DNA of 64,000 nt from a virus (IMGVR_UViG_3300031994_000039:48507-112506); one strand, 5' to 3'; shown: positions 26,949-38,458, numbered from the stretch's first letter. Notes: generated by a model not told the origin, from the sequence alone. Numbers and translations: made by a program.

Positions 26949-27965
26949 ATGGCAATGGAAGCGTTCTCGGAATGCGTAATCTGTTCGAGATGCGGAATTA
27001 AATATTCTAAGAGAAAGGGAAACTTCCCTGCTAACTTCTCGGATTTATACAGAGGCACGGGCACGCTTCATATTTGCAATACGTGCCTCGAAGATATATT
27101 TAATAAATACTATGCGGAGTGTCAGGATAGCAGGACGGCAGTAAGATTGACCTGCCGAGCTTTAAACCTTTATTGGAACGAGCAGGAGTTCATTCTTGCG
27201 ACGAAGCAGACTGCTATCAAGAATACAATGAGAGCATATGTGTCCAATATCAGAAAAGCAAAGAATTTGCATAAGACGTATGATGATACTCTTCGCGAAG
27301 AAGATATGCTTTTTACATTCGGCAAACCGGAGGAGAAAGAACCGGAACCGGAGATAATAGAAGAACCGGAAGAGATATATGAAGAAGAACCGGTTTATGA
27401 CATTTCGGAACAGACAAAAATTTTCTGGGGTCCGGGATACACAGACGAAATGTATCACGAACTTGACTGTAGGTATCAGTACTGGATGTCAGAGTTTCCG
27501 GAGAACAGTGAACTTGATATCGGTACCAAGGCAATCATCAAACAGATTTGCTCACTCGAACTTGATATAAACAGAGATCGTGCTGCGGGCAGACCGATAG
27601 ATAAATCGGTTAATGCATTGAATACTTTACTTGGCAGCGCGAACTTGAAGCCAGCTCAGAGGAAAACAGAGGCGGATGCGGAGAATGAACTGATGAGCAC
27701 TCCGCTGGGCGTATGGCTCTGGAAGTATGAGAATAAAAGACCTCTACCGGAGATAGATCCGGACTTGAAAGATGTGAACGGAATAAAGAAATACGTGTTC
27801 ACTTGGATGGGGCATTTAGGAAAAATGCTCGGATTAAAGAACTCTTACACAAAGTTGTATGAAGAGGAAATTGAGCGGCTAAGAGTGGAGCGTCCTGAAT
27901 ATGAGGACGAAGATGATGAGTCATTGCTGATTGATTCGTATAGCGATGGTGATAGCCATGAATAG
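26949..27965 (+). CDS. Zn-finger protein, probable terminase small subunit
   Basis: CSRC/CNTC N-terminus; immediately upstream of TerL. Confidence 0.55.
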   Translation: MAMEAFSECVICSRCGIKYSKRKGNFPANFSDLYRGTGTLHICNTCLEDIFNKYYAECQDSRTAVRLTCRALNLYWNEQEFILATKQTAIKNTMRAYVSNIRKAKNLHKTYDDTLREEDMLFTFGKPEEKEPEPEIIEEPEEIYEEEPVYDISEQTKIFWGPGYTDEMYHELDCRYQYWMSEFPENSELDIGTKAIIKQICSLELDINRDRAAGRPIDKSVNALNTLLGSANLKPAQRKTEADAENELMSTPLGVWLWKYENKRPLPEIDPDLKDVNGIKKYVFTWMGHLGKMLGLKNSYTKLYEEEIERLRVERPEYEDEDDESLLIDSYSDGDSHE

Positions 27966-30244
27966 GCGTGAAGCTATCATGGAGGGAGCTGCCTACTGGG
28001 GCAGCTTCTATCGTCACAATATTGATAAATTCGTTGAGGATTACTTACACATAAGGCTCAAACGATTCCAGAGAGTTATTTTAAGCATGATGGTTTACGT
28101 CACTGTATTTGTACTGATAGCTTGCCGTGGTTTAGGTAAGACATATCTCAGTGGCGTGTATTGTTGTGTTCGCTGTATCCTGTGGCCCGGCACGAAAATA
28201 TGCATAGCCTCAGGAACACGTAACCAGGCAGGCGCAGTTCTTGAAAAGATAATGCTCGAACTGGTTCCGAATTCTCCAGAACTTAGAAACGAGATTGATT
28301 ACAAACAAACAAAGATCAATGGTACTCAGGCTCAGATAGTTTTTAAAAACACAAGCGTTATTAAGGTTGTTACAGCGAGCGATAGTTCTCGTGGTAATAG
28401 ATGTAACGTTTTACTTTTGGATGAATTTAGATTAATTCACAAAGATATAATTGACACAATCCTCAGAAAGTTCTTAACACTTAGGCGTATGCCAAGATAC
28501 GAAGAGCTTACCGAAGTAGAGCGAAGAGCTGAGTATGACAAGGAAAAGAACTTGACACTCTATATGAGTTCTGCATATTTTAAGGACCATTGGTCATACC
28601 AAAAATGTGTTGATACATTTAAAGCTATGATGGATGATACACGCAGACAGTTCGTCTGTGGATTTCCATATCAGCTTTCAATTTCAGAAGGTTTACTTGA
28701 TGCTGAAGCGGTTGCGGATGAAATGTCTGAGTCTGACTTTAGCGAAGTAAAGTGGAGCATAAACATTTCTGTGCTCCTTAAACTCATTGAACTCATTAAC
28801 CTAATGAGGGTACTACAATGTAGTGCTAACAGGGAAACCCTAAGTGCATAAGCATATGGCAATCCTGTGCCAAGACATAATTATATGTAAGGTGCAACGA
28901 CCATCCTATATGGAGTACATCAGAGACAGGTACTGGTGGAAGCGGTGAGAACGAGTAGTCGTTATGATATGGTCTGATCTATTATGAAAGTAATAGCTAA
29001 CAAATAAATAGGAAATGGATGCGCTCTTCTACGGAAGTGGCGAAGACGCGTTCTTTGATTTCTCTTCTATTTCAAAGAACCGCAGAATAAAATACCCAAT
29101 GTTGCCGGAGAAACTTGCAAACAAGCTCGGCAACTCTAATCAGGTTAAGATACCTCAGAAGGCTCACGGTGAGGTAAGAATACTTTCTGCCGATATTGCG
29201 CTCATGTCGTCGAAGAAACATAATAACGACGCGACTGCGATATTTATTAATCAGATGAGTGCTACTAAAATTGGCAGGTATGTGAGCAACATTGTTTATG
29301 CAGACACATACGAAGGCCTGCGAACAAATGAACAAGCGTTAATAATACGCAAACTATATGAAGAGTATGATTGCGATTACATTGTACTTGATACTAACGG
29401 TAGACTGATGCCGCTTTGCATAGTAATATGCATTGAAAAAGTGAAGAATCAAGCGGGAAGGCTGAGATGCTAACCCGAACCGAAGGCTATTGGTAATACG
29501 ATAGTCAGGGGCAACGCATAGGTGTGAAACTAGTTATAGAATATAATCACCCACGAGGCTTCACCATCTGAACAATTCAGATGAAAAGATATGCTGAACT
29601 TGTAGGAAATCAACTACAAGAGCTATGAGATAAAAAGCTCATAGGATAACAATGACCTGATCGGTCTTGGTGTGTTCGATGAACTCGCCCACGATATTAT
29701 TGATGCAGACACTGGAGAAATCTACCCTGCCCTCTCTTGCTATAACGACAAGACGATGGCAGAAAGATGTACAGTACCCGGTGCCGACAAAGTTATATAT
29801 TCAGTTAAAGCTTCAGCGCAGTTCAACTCAGACTGCGCATTTTTATTGCGTGAAGCATTTAAGAGCGGTCGTGTTAGATTGCTTGCAACAGAATACGATG
29901 CTGACGAATATCTAATGGAAATAAAGGGTTATGCTTCCCTGTCACCATCAGAGAAGCTTTCGATAAAACTTCCTTATATTCATACCACACTGTTGATAGA
30001 CGAACTTACAAAACTGCAACACGAAACATCGGGCGGCAAGGTTCGTATCTTCGAGAAGCCGGGTATGCGTAAGGATAGATACTCATCATTATCATATAAC
30101 TACTACGTAGCTATTCAGATAGAAAACAAACTCAGCAAGAAGGCAAATAACAGTATAGAAGAAAGTTTCTTCGTTGTTAAACCTCCGAGCATTGGAAAGG
30201 CGGTGAACAGACACGGCACAAACAGAAAACAAACATTCTGGTAA
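27958..30244 (+). CDS. terL: terminase large subunit, split by two introns (~592 aa)
   Basis: Walker A CRGLGKT, Walker B LLLDE, nuclease ADIA, LDTNG|IGLG, RKDRYSS; exons 27958-28760, 29011-29401, 29660-30244 total 1779 nt in frame. Confidence 0.9.
28761..29010 (+). mobile_element. group I intron 1 in terL (250 nt), apparent omega-A
   Basis: P1 AGCAU/GUGCU; P10 CAUUUCU pairs exon GGAAAUG; P7 GACCA/UGGUC; splicing restores KWSMEMDAL. Confidence 0.85.
29402..29659 (+). mobile_element. group I intron 2 in terL (258 nt)
   Basis: P1 CGGU/GCCG; P10 AGACUGAU pairs AUCGGUCU; P7 GCAUA/UAUGC; terminal G. Confidence 0.88.
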
Positions 30245-30308
30245 TAGACGCAACTATAACAGAAATAAATCAAAGATTGTTGCGAAAGATAAAACCACTC
30301 CCCCGATT

Positions 30309-31736
30309 ATGTCTTCGGAGGCGTTTGCGATTCTTAACAAAATTATTACCAGGAACTTGAACAAAAATACTTCAGCTCCTGTATTCACCTTATATACCAA
30401 GGACGATATTACAAGGTTCATCGGCAATCCTTACAGATACGAAAAAGAAATCAGAAAAGCAATGATATATATGTACGGCGCTTCTCCGCATTTCTACAGA
30501 CTCATTCAGTATTTTGTAGGACTGACGGACTTATCGTACTTCGTATCTCCATACAGAACTGATCCGAACGCACAGTCAGCGAAGTTTATTAACAGAAACT
30601 ACAGACGAGTGCTTAATGCTCTCTCAGCTATGAGTATCAAGTCGCAGTTTCCGAAGATACTTACTGTGTGTTTGAGAGAGGACGTATTCTATGGTACGTT
30701 CTGGGTAACTCCGGACTGCATAACAATTCAGAGATTACCAAGTGATTACTGTGCTATCTCAACAATAGTCGGTAATGTTTTAAATGTTACTTTCAACTTC
30801 TCGTACTTTGATGCGAAACCGGAACAGCTTGATTACTACCCGGACGAATTCCGCATCAAGTATGAAATGTATAAGAAGGACAGGGCGAACAGATGGATCG
30901 AACTCGACTCCCCTAACTCGTTCTGTATAAAGTGCAATAATGATATTCTCGATTATCCGCTGCCGCCTTTCATCGGTCTGCTTCGTGATATTTATGATCT
31001 CGAAGATTACAAGCAGATGAAGCTTGCGAAGACTGTTCTTGAGAACTACGCAATGCTTAACATGAAGATACCAATGGATAAGGAAGGTAACTGGCTGCTC
31101 GATGGCGATAAGGCTAAAGAGTTCTGGCAGAACCTTGACGCGGTCCTTCCGGAGGAAGTAGGTTCAGTGCTTAGCCCTATGGATATCGACAAGATTTCAT
31201 TCGAGCGTTCTAACGTTGGCGATACTAACTATATCGCCGATGCGGAAAAGAATCTCTTTACTGCGGCGGGCGTAAGCTCGTTGATCTTTAATGGCGGTAC
31301 ATCAGCCAATGCTCTCCTGCTTTCTATTAAAGCAGACCAGTGTATTACATATGGCATTGTAAAGAGCATAGAAGATGTTGTAAATAGATTTATCCAGGGT
31401 CAGGGGTATGGCAAATACTTCAAAGTAACATTCATTGACTCAAGCCCATTCAACCGTAAGGAAGTCGGCGACCAGTATCTCAAGGCCGCTCAGTATGGCC
31501 TCCCTACTGTTATGATGTATGGTGCATCACAGGGACTTGGGCAGTCAGAATTTGATACTATGAACTTCCTCGAAAACGATATTCTCAAGCTCAAGGAAGT
31601 ACTCATCCCGCTCAGAACATCTACATCAATGGGTTCCGCTGACGATAACTCGGAAGGTGGCAGACCTATGAAGGATAATTCAGAGCTTACGGATAGCGGC
31701 GAGCAGAACCGTGAAGATCAGGACGATTGGGGGTAA
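30309..31736 (+). CDS. portal protein
   Basis: Position after TerL, size, C-terminal GGRP motif; may start earlier at ACG 30213. Confidence 0.8.
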   Translation: MSSEAFAILNKIITRNLNKNTSAPVFTLYTKDDITRFIGNPYRYEKEIRKAMIYMYGASPHFYRLIQYFVGLTDLSYFVSPYRTDPNAQSAKFINRNYRRVLNALSAMSIKSQFPKILTVCLREDVFYGTFWVTPDCITIQRLPSDYCAISTIVGNVLNVTFNFSYFDAKPEQLDYYPDEFRIKYEMYKKDRANRWIELDSPNSFCIKCNNDILDYPLPPFIGLLRDIYDLEDYKQMKLAKTVLENYAMLNMKIPMDKEGNWLLDGDKAKEFWQNLDAVLPEEVGSVLSPMDIDKISFERSNVGDTNYIADAEKNLFTAAGVSSLIFNGGTSANALLLSIKADQCITYGIVKSIEDVVNRFIQGQGYGKYFKVTFIDSSPFNRKEVGDQYLKAAQYGLPTVMMYGASQGLGQSEFDTMNFLENDILKLKEVLIPLRTSTSMGSADDNSEGGRPMKDNSELTDSGEQNREDQDDWG

Positions 31737-31742
31737 GACCTA

Positions 31743-31913
31743 ATGTTCGTATATGTTTTCAAAAAGGAAGACAGAGATCTGCTATTAAGACTTGGCTATA
31801 GTTTACATAAGAATAACGAAGCCAATAACATATATGTGTTTGATAACGACGAGATCGTTTCTCTTGAAGATTTAGGAATTGATTTCACTTATTCAAACAA
31901 ATTAACTTTTTAA
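31743..31913 (+). CDS. small hypothetical protein (56 aa)
   Basis: MFVYVFKKEDRDLLLRLGY...YSNKLTF; fills the gap between portal and protease. Confidence 0.65.
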   Translation: MFVYVFKKEDRDLLLRLGYSLHKNNEANNIYVFDNDEIVSLEDLGIDFTYSNKLTF

Positions 31914-31927
31914 GGGAAGGGGGTGCT

Positions 31928-33586
31928 ATGATGGGAAAAGAATCAGAAAGACTTTCTATCCGATATACCTTTTCTTCGTCGGCTATCTTCGATGTCGAGG
32001 ATATAAACTCCTCCTTTGCAAAAGGTAAATTAAGAGTTATGTATCTGGGAAAGAACCAGAACAAGACAAATTTCACTCAGAAAAACGTAGAGCGTGCGTT
32101 ACCTACTCTTTATAATGTTCCGATTGTTTGTAATTACAGCATTATCGATAATACAATAGGCGGACATGATATGGGAATCGCTAAAGATGAAAAGGGTAAT
32201 ATTAAAATTGTAAACATTACAGAACCATGCGGTGTAGTTCCTGAAAGTGCTGAATTCAGCATAGCAACTGAAACTGACGACGATGGTAATGAACATGATT
32301 ATCTTATTGCCGATGGTGTGATCTTATGGAAACGCCAGGAGGTTTATTCGCATATTAAAGACGATCTTGATGGCAAGGTAGACCATTCAATGGAAGTTGA
32401 TATATTCAGCAAACAGAAGATGGACGATGGCTACTCAGATATTATAGATTTTCAGTTCACAGCTCTTTGTTTACTTGAAAGAGATGCTCCGTGTTTTGAA
32501 GGCAGCAATCTCACACTCTATTCAGTTGCTGGAGATACAGAAGCATTCAGAGCAAAGTTTGAACTCATGCTTAATGAACTCAGTGAAATTTTACCGGTTA
32601 ATTCCTCTAACGAGGATGACATAAAAAATAATTTCTCGACGGAAGGAGGAGACAATAAGTTGGACGAAAAGAAATCTTTAGTTGAAAAGTATGGTCTTAC
32701 TGTTGAAACACTTGATTTCAGCATTGAAGATATGACACTTGAAGATCTGGAAGCAAAGCTTAAGACATACAGCAAGGGTGCTGAATCAGAAGGAACAGAA
32801 CCTACTGGAAAACCGGAGGCTGCAAGCGCTTCTGAGCCAGAGACAAATCCAGAGTCAAGCTATTCAAAGGTTGAGGGCGAACCAACATCCGAACCAAAGA
32901 CAAGTGAAAATTATTCACTCAATTCACAGACAGAAAAGGAACTTCGTATAGCAGTAGCTGAACTCGAAACAGTCCAGTATAGCTGGGGCGCTGATCCGCG
33001 CTATATGTTTGTAGACTACGACGCAGAAAAGAGCGAAGTTTACGCAAACGATATGAAAGAACACTGGACACTGGTTGGATTTAAATACTCAGTAAATGGT
33101 GATGCAGTAGAAGTTGATGTTAATTCAAGAGCAAGAATGAAGTACACAATCGCTCCATTTGAAGATGGCGGCGCATCTCAGCTTGAAGGTATGACAGCAG
33201 TATTTGCAAATATCGATAAGAAGATCAATGATGATGCTGAGGCCCTTGCTAAGTTTAGCACACTTGAGGCCGAAGTTGAAGAGCTCAGAAAATTCAAGGC
33301 TGAGGTTGAATCTTCTAAGGCGGCTGAAGAGAAGGCAGAAATGCTTGGTAAGTTCTCTGCCCTTAACGGCAACGAAATGTTTGAAGCTCTTGTAAAGGAT
33401 GCTGAAAAATATACAGTCGAAGAACTTGAAGATAAATGCTATTCAATCCTTGGAAGAGTAACATCTGCAAAGTTCTCAGTACAGCCAGAAGCAAAGGTAC
33501 CGACTATCAAGATTGATAGACCGGAAGATAATAAGAAGAACGCTGAACCTTACGGCGGCATCTTCGAAAGATTTAATATCAAATAA
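31928..33586 (+). CDS. prohead protease-scaffold protein
   Basis: IGGH, HSMEV, ALCLL..APCF N-domain plus acidic coiled-coil C-domain. Confidence 0.8.
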   Translation: MMGKESERLSIRYTFSSSAIFDVEDINSSFAKGKLRVMYLGKNQNKTNFTQKNVERALPTLYNVPIVCNYSIIDNTIGGHDMGIAKDEKGNIKIVNITEPCGVVPESAEFSIATETDDDGNEHDYLIADGVILWKRQEVYSHIKDDLDGKVDHSMEVDIFSKQKMDDGYSDIIDFQFTALCLLERDAPCFEGSNLTLYSVAGDTEAFRAKFELMLNELSEILPVNSSNEDDIKNNFSTEGGDNKLDEKKSLVEKYGLTVETLDFSIEDMTLEDLEAKLKTYSKGAESEGTEPTGKPEAASASEPETNPESSYSKVEGEPTSEPKTSENYSLNSQTEKELRIAVAELETVQYSWGADPRYMFVDYDAEKSEVYANDMKEHWTLVGFKYSVNGDAVEVDVNSRARMKYTIAPFEDGGASQLEGMTAVFANIDKKINDDAEALAKFSTLEAEVEELRKFKAEVESSKAAEEKAEMLGKFSALNGNEMFEALVKDAEKYTVEELEDKCYSILGRVTSAKFSVQPEAKVPTIKIDRPEDNKKNAEPYGGIFERFNIK

Positions 33587-33609
33587 AAATAAGAAGGAGG
33601 AACAATAGA

Positions 33610-34152
33610 ATGAAAAATTATCCAGTAGTTAGAACAGATAAGATGTTCGGTACTGATAACCGCACTGGACTTTACTCAGTAAAGTACATTGTTGAAACAA
33701 CTGAAAGCGGTTCTACAGTAAAGACACCTACAGCAATTACAAACGGCTCTGTTGTTAAGCTCGGCGCACTTGTATCAACAGTAACACCAGCATACACAGC
33801 AAGAGAAGTATACGAAGCAAACGACGTTGCAGCAGACACACCACTCTCAGAGGTAGTACTTATCGCTTCACCAGAAGTATGCTACGACGAAAGACTCCGT
33901 GATCTTGATGACTTCACAAACGAAGCAGATACAATTGCAAGAGCATACACACTCCCAGTTAATGCTATGTTCAGCCTCACAGCTAATGCATTTGACGGCA
34001 CACCTGCAAAGGGCAAGCTCGTTGAACTCAAGGCTGGTCACAAGTTTAATGCAGTAACATCTATCACATCAGGTTCAACAAAGGTCGGCGTTATCGACGC
34101 TGTTGAAACAGCAGGCAAGTACACTTACTACGTAGTAAGAGTTACAGGCTGA
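33610..34152 (+). CDS. capsid decoration/stabilizing protein
   Basis: Position just before MCP; strong RBS. Confidence 0.65.
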   Translation: MKNYPVVRTDKMFGTDNRTGLYSVKYIVETTESGSTVKTPTAITNGSVVKLGALVSTVTPAYTAREVYEANDVAADTPLSEVVLIASPEVCYDERLRDLDDFTNEADTIARAYTLPVNAMFSLTANAFDGTPAKGKLVELKAGHKFNAVTSITSGSTKVGVIDAVETAGKYTYYVVRVTG

Positions 34153-34180
34153 TAAAACTTTTTGAAAGGAGGAATTTAGA

Positions 34181-35209
34181 ATGCCTATTACAAATGAAGA
34201 AATGAACAATGTAGTTAAAGCTGCAGTTGACGGCTACAAAGGTTGTGTGGAAAAGTACTCAGTAGCTCAGTCAAATGATCTCGTTCGTGAAGCTCTTATC
34301 GAAGCTAACGGCGGTTCAACAAAGCTCGATTATAGAAAGATGAGAGACGGCGAATGCAAGGGTGTGTTCACTCTCCTCGAACAGATCCTTAAGAGAACAA
34401 CAATCGAAGGCCTTCAGCAGAACGACTTCTTCACGTCACTCGTTGAGTATGTTGACGTAGCTGCTGGTGACAAGCCAACATTTATTCTCCCAGATACAAC
34501 ACTCTTTACAGTTGATGAATCAGCAGACGGCACACAGGCTATCCGCAGACAGAGACTCGGTGGCACATCTGAGATCACAATTCCTACATCAGTTAAGTCA
34601 ATCAGAGTTTACGAAGAACTTTCAAGAGTTCTCGCTGGCCGTGTTGACTTTAACGACCTTATCGCTAAGGTAAGCGAATCTTACCAGAAGAGAATTCTCG
34701 AAGATATCTATAAGGTATGGGCTGGCATCACAGCTAATCAGATCGGTGCAACATATTACCAGATGAGAGGTTCTTATGACGAAGCTACACTTCTCGACCT
34801 CATCGCACACGTAGAAGCTGCAGGTAACGGCGGTCAGGCAATGATCCTCGGTACAAAGAAGGCTCTTAGAAATCTTGCTCCTTCTATCATTTCCGATATT
34901 AACAAGCAGGATATCTACAACATGGGTTACTATGGCAAGTTCTTCGGCTCACCGGTTATGGCTCTTCCGCAGCGTCACCAGACAGGTACAACAAACTTTG
35001 TACTTCCTGACGATATTCTTACAGTAATCGTAGGCGACGCAGGCAAGCCAATCAAGCTCGTTCGTGAAGGCGATCCGCTTATCATCCCAGTAGATCCAAC
35101 ACAGAATCAGGATCTTACACAGGAATACTTCTATGCTGAAAAGTACGGCGTAGGTTTCGTATTCGCTGGCAACCAGAATACAGGTCTTGGCCTCTACGAT
35201 ATCGCGTAA
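34181..35209 (+). CDS. major capsid protein
   Basis: 342 aa, strong RBS, synteny, followed by a terminator. Confidence 0.85.
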   Translation: MPITNEEMNNVVKAAVDGYKGCVEKYSVAQSNDLVREALIEANGGSTKLDYRKMRDGECKGVFTLLEQILKRTTIEGLQQNDFFTSLVEYVDVAAGDKPTFILPDTTLFTVDESADGTQAIRRQRLGGTSEITIPTSVKSIRVYEELSRVLAGRVDFNDLIAKVSESYQKRILEDIYKVWAGITANQIGATYYQMRGSYDEATLLDLIAHVEAAGNGGQAMILGTKKALRNLAPSIISDINKQDIYNMGYYGKFFGSPVMALPQRHQTGTTNFVLPDDILTVIVGDAGKPIKLVREGDPLIIPVDPTQNQDLTQEYFYAEKYGVGFVFAGNQNTGLGLYDIA

Positions 35210-35218
35210 TAATAACTA

Positions 35219-35248
35219 AGCCGGGCAGTTTATACTGTCTGGCTTTTT
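35219..35248 (+). terminator. Rho-independent terminator
   Basis: AGCCGGGCAGT-TTAT-ACTGTCTGGCT-TTTT. Confidence 0.8.
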
Positions 35249-35269
35249 GAAAGAAAGGATTTTTAACTT

Positions 35270-35830
35270 ATGGAAGAAAAGACACAGAAGCGTGGCAGAA
35301 CTCAGAATAAGAATACTGAACCGGCTGCTAAGTCAGCTCCGGTATCTGCTGTCGCTGAATCTAACAAACCTATTATCCCAAAGAGCATCGACGATAGTCA
35401 GTATGTGACTGTAAAGAATGGATGCCACGGCGTTCTTGTTTACAAAAGCAAGAGAACTGGCGAAACATTCAAGTGGGACGGATACTGTTCAGAACAGGAA
35501 ATGCAGTTACGTGAACTGAAGGATGCTAAGAATTCAAGCAGAAAATTCTTTGAGAGCAACTGGTTTATCTTTGATGATGATAACCAGTGGGTAGTTGATT
35601 ATCTCGGTATGCGTCGTTACTATGCCAATGCAATTGGCTGCGGCAAGTTTGATGATCTCTTCAAGCTCCCGCTCGACGAAATGACAGAGCAGATCAAGGC
35701 TATGTCAAAGGGCCAGAAGGACTCGGTTGCACATAGAGCATATCAGCTTATCGTTGATGGCGAAATCGACTCAAGGAAGTGTATTGCTACACTCGAAGAC
35801 CTTCTCGGCGTTCAGCTTATCGAAAAGTAA
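35270..35830 (+). CDS. head-associated hypothetical protein
   Basis: Synteny after MCP. Confidence 0.6.
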   Translation: MEEKTQKRGRTQNKNTEPAAKSAPVSAVAESNKPIIPKSIDDSQYVTVKNGCHGVLVYKSKRTGETFKWDGYCSEQEMQLRELKDAKNSSRKFFESNWFIFDDDNQWVVDYLGMRRYYANAIGCGKFDDLFKLPLDEMTEQIKAMSKGQKDSVAHRAYQLIVDGEIDSRKCIATLEDLLGVQLIEK

Positions 35831-35841
35831 GGTGAACGGAG

Positions 35842-36324
35842 ATGGCTATCGAGGTAGTATCATACGATGACTTTCTGGCAGTATTTCTTGATAAGATAAA
35901 GGAATATGAATTTCTGCAGATGACTGAAGATAGCAGAGATAAAATAATTGATGGTTATATGAAGAGAGCGTTAACAAAATTTCGTAAGAATCTTAGATAC
36001 GATTTCTATACTACGGCTGATGATACATTGAGACAGTTTGACTTCTCAAGTCAGACCGATAGTTTTAAGGAGCAGCTTGAGGCCGACCTTGATGAAATCG
36101 TGAGCATCGTTACGGATGGGATGATACTCGAATGGTTAAAGCCATACAAGAATAATCAGGAAATTCTTGAGAACGTTCTTAACACTCGTGACTTTACGAT
36201 GTACTCTCCTGCTGAACTTTTAAAACAGGTTCGCACAACATATAATGATGTGAATAAGGAGTACACTCAATTGATCCGAGAGTATTCCTATAACCACATG
36301 AAGCTGGAGGAATTACACATATGA
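35842..36324 (+). CDS. head-tail adaptor-like protein
   Basis: Synteny; DFTMYSPAELL motif. Confidence 0.6.
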   Translation: MAIEVVSYDDFLAVFLDKIKEYEFLQMTEDSRDKIIDGYMKRALTKFRKNLRYDFYTTADDTLRQFDFSSQTDSFKEQLEADLDEIVSIVTDGMILEWLKPYKNNQEILENVLNTRDFTMYSPAELLKQVRTTYNDVNKEYTQLIREYSYNHMKLEELHI

Positions 36325-36659
36325 TTGCTCTGGCTATTGAAAATACTGTAGTTGATGAAAAGCTTATGAAGAATTACTTCACAAGATTAGTCAACTCTAT
36401 CTTTAAGATACTGCCTATGAAAGAAAGTGGTGAAAGCACACTTCCGGTTTACTTAAAGAGTTTACAGTCTGAGATTACTGGTCTTGCCAGTGTTGTTGAA
36501 GTAGCTAAGGACGATGCAATGATCTTGCAGCTCGTCTCGATACTTCAGTATCAGGCTGATAACCCCGACTGTCCTGTCGAAGAAACTCGCAGAGAAGTTT
36601 TTAAAGCTATCGCTGTTTGTAATAAACTTAAAGGACAGTACTCGAAGGGGGCTGATTGA
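36321..36659 (+). CDS. hypothetical virion morphogenesis protein
   Basis: IFKILPM...RREVF, coupled ORF. Confidence 0.6.
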   Translation: MIALAIENTVVDEKLMKNYFTRLVNSIFKILPMKESGESTLPVYLKSLQSEITGLASVVEVAKDDAMILQLVSILQYQADNPDCPVEETRREVFKAIAVCNKLKGQYSKGAD

Positions 36660-36660
36660 A

Positions 36661-38458
36661 ATGGGCGCATGGGATATATATGAAAGTCGTGCCTCAATTC
36701 ACGGCGAAACAAGAAGGTCTGCGGAGTTAATTAAAGAGTCCAGGAGACTCCTTAAGAAAACAAGAGAAAGCCTGTCGTATTTCAACGTACTTGTTGACGG
36801 AGTGGAACGTCAGGTTTGTATCATAGACTCTGACAACCTAAACGAGAAAAAAATGCTTTCGATGCCGGGTGAAGATTTCGACTGCGGCGGACTTGTTGAG
36901 TGGATGGATAACCATTGGCTTATCGAGGAGAAAGATGCTCATAATGAATTATATACTCGTGTTAAACTTCTTCAGTGTAACTACTTGCTTAAGTGGGTGG
37001 ACGAAGATGATGTTATTCACGAGCAGTATTGTGTGATTGAAGACGGAACGAAATTGAGAAATCAGTTTCCGTACAGCGTGAGCTGTATGTTAAAACATCT
37101 GTTTAATTGCTGGAACATCCTAAAGCAATATATACTACAGCATAGCAATGAAAGATATGCAGGTGCGAATGTTACGAAAGTAGAAAGAAATATATTGATG
37201 GCATAGGGTTAAATCCTAAGTGTTATGGAATGGATAATCAGCAGCCAAGCCTTGAACAGAGGAAGGTTCAACGATCATCCCTTTATGGGAGTAGGGTGAT
37301 AATCATCATTCGAAATAGCAGACATCCGGAAGGATGAAGATATGATCTGCTCTTTGTAGAAATACAAAGTAAGAATAATAAATTCTTATATTATGTCAAA
37401 TAAGGAGTTGTAAACATTGTCAACAAGATGTATAGACTTAACTGGTCAGAAATTTGGTAGACTAACAGTTATATCAAGAGGAGAAAATGATTCGCATGGT
37501 ACGGCTAGATGGCTATGCCTTTGTGAATGCGGAAACATAAAACTTATCAGAGGTGATAAGTTACGTCATAATGAAATAATGTCATGTGGTTGTTATCAGG
37601 CCGAATTAAGAAAGAGTACCGAACGCGCTGAGAATATTAGCAAAGCGAAGACAAGGCATGGCATGAGTAATACAAAATTGTATTATGTTTATAACAATAT
37701 GATTAGAAGATGTTATTCTCCTAATAACGAAAGGTATAATAACTATGGTGATAGAGGGATCATTGTTTGTAATGAATGGCGAAATAATATTGATAGCTTT
37801 TTTGAATGGGCTATTGCTACTGGTTATACTGATGGGCTTACCCTTGATAGAATAAATGTTAATGGTAATTATTGCCCGGAAAATTGCAGATGGGCATCTC
37901 AAAAGGTTCAAGCTAACAACAGAACGAGCAATGCATATATAACACATAACGGTGAGACTCATACAATAGCAGAATGGTCTGACATAACTGGATTATCCCC
38001 GAAATTATTATATCAAAGAAAACGTCTCGGATGGGACGATAGCAGAATATTAACAGAACCAGTGAGACATAATAAACATAGCTAAGGACTTAACCGGCGA
38101 GCTAGAAGATCGTACCTTCGTGACCACTCGTGGAGATGCGAGAATTGCATTACACATTGGTAAGAACGAAGATACTGCTAAGTTCAACAGGAACAGTCGT
38201 TTTATCGTAGACGATTTGATTTCTGGAACGAAGCTTGCTTTCCTTCTCACAAAACCGTTGAAAATCGGACACACATATAACGATAAAGGAATCTACCTTT
38301 TCGTACTTCAAGAAGTTGTTACAACAGATAACGACAATCTTGAACTTAATATTGCAGATTATTACAAACATTTTCCTAAGGAAGATACAGTTCCGGACTT
38401 CGACGATCCGGTTGACACAAGCCACACTACACCATCTGGAAAGGAGATATGGATCTGA
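36661..38458 (+). CDS. head-closure-like protein, intron-split (~254 aa)
   Basis: Exons 36661-37054 and 38088-38458 join as IEDGTK-Y-LTGELED. Confidence 0.75.
37055..38087 (+). mobile_element. group I intron carrying a homing endonuclease
   Basis: P1 GAAAU/GUUUC; AATTGCTGGAA, AATCAGCAG, GTTCAACGATCA, AAGATATGATC; terminal G. Confidence 0.9.
37417..38085 (+). CDS. intron-encoded HNH-type homing endonuclease
   Basis: DLTGQKFGRL, WLCLCECG, SCGC, TLDRINVNGNYCPENCRWA. Confidence 0.88.
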   Translation: MSTRCIDLTGQKFGRLTVISRGENDSHGTARWLCLCECGNIKLIRGDKLRHNEIMSCGCYQAELRKSTERAENISKAKTRHGMSNTKLYYVYNNMIRRCYSPNNERYNNYGDRGIIVCNEWRNNIDSFFEWAIATGYTDGLTLDRINVNGNYCPENCRWASQKVQANNRTSNAYITHNGETHTIAEWSDITGLSPKLLYQRKRLGWDDSRILTEPVRHNKHS

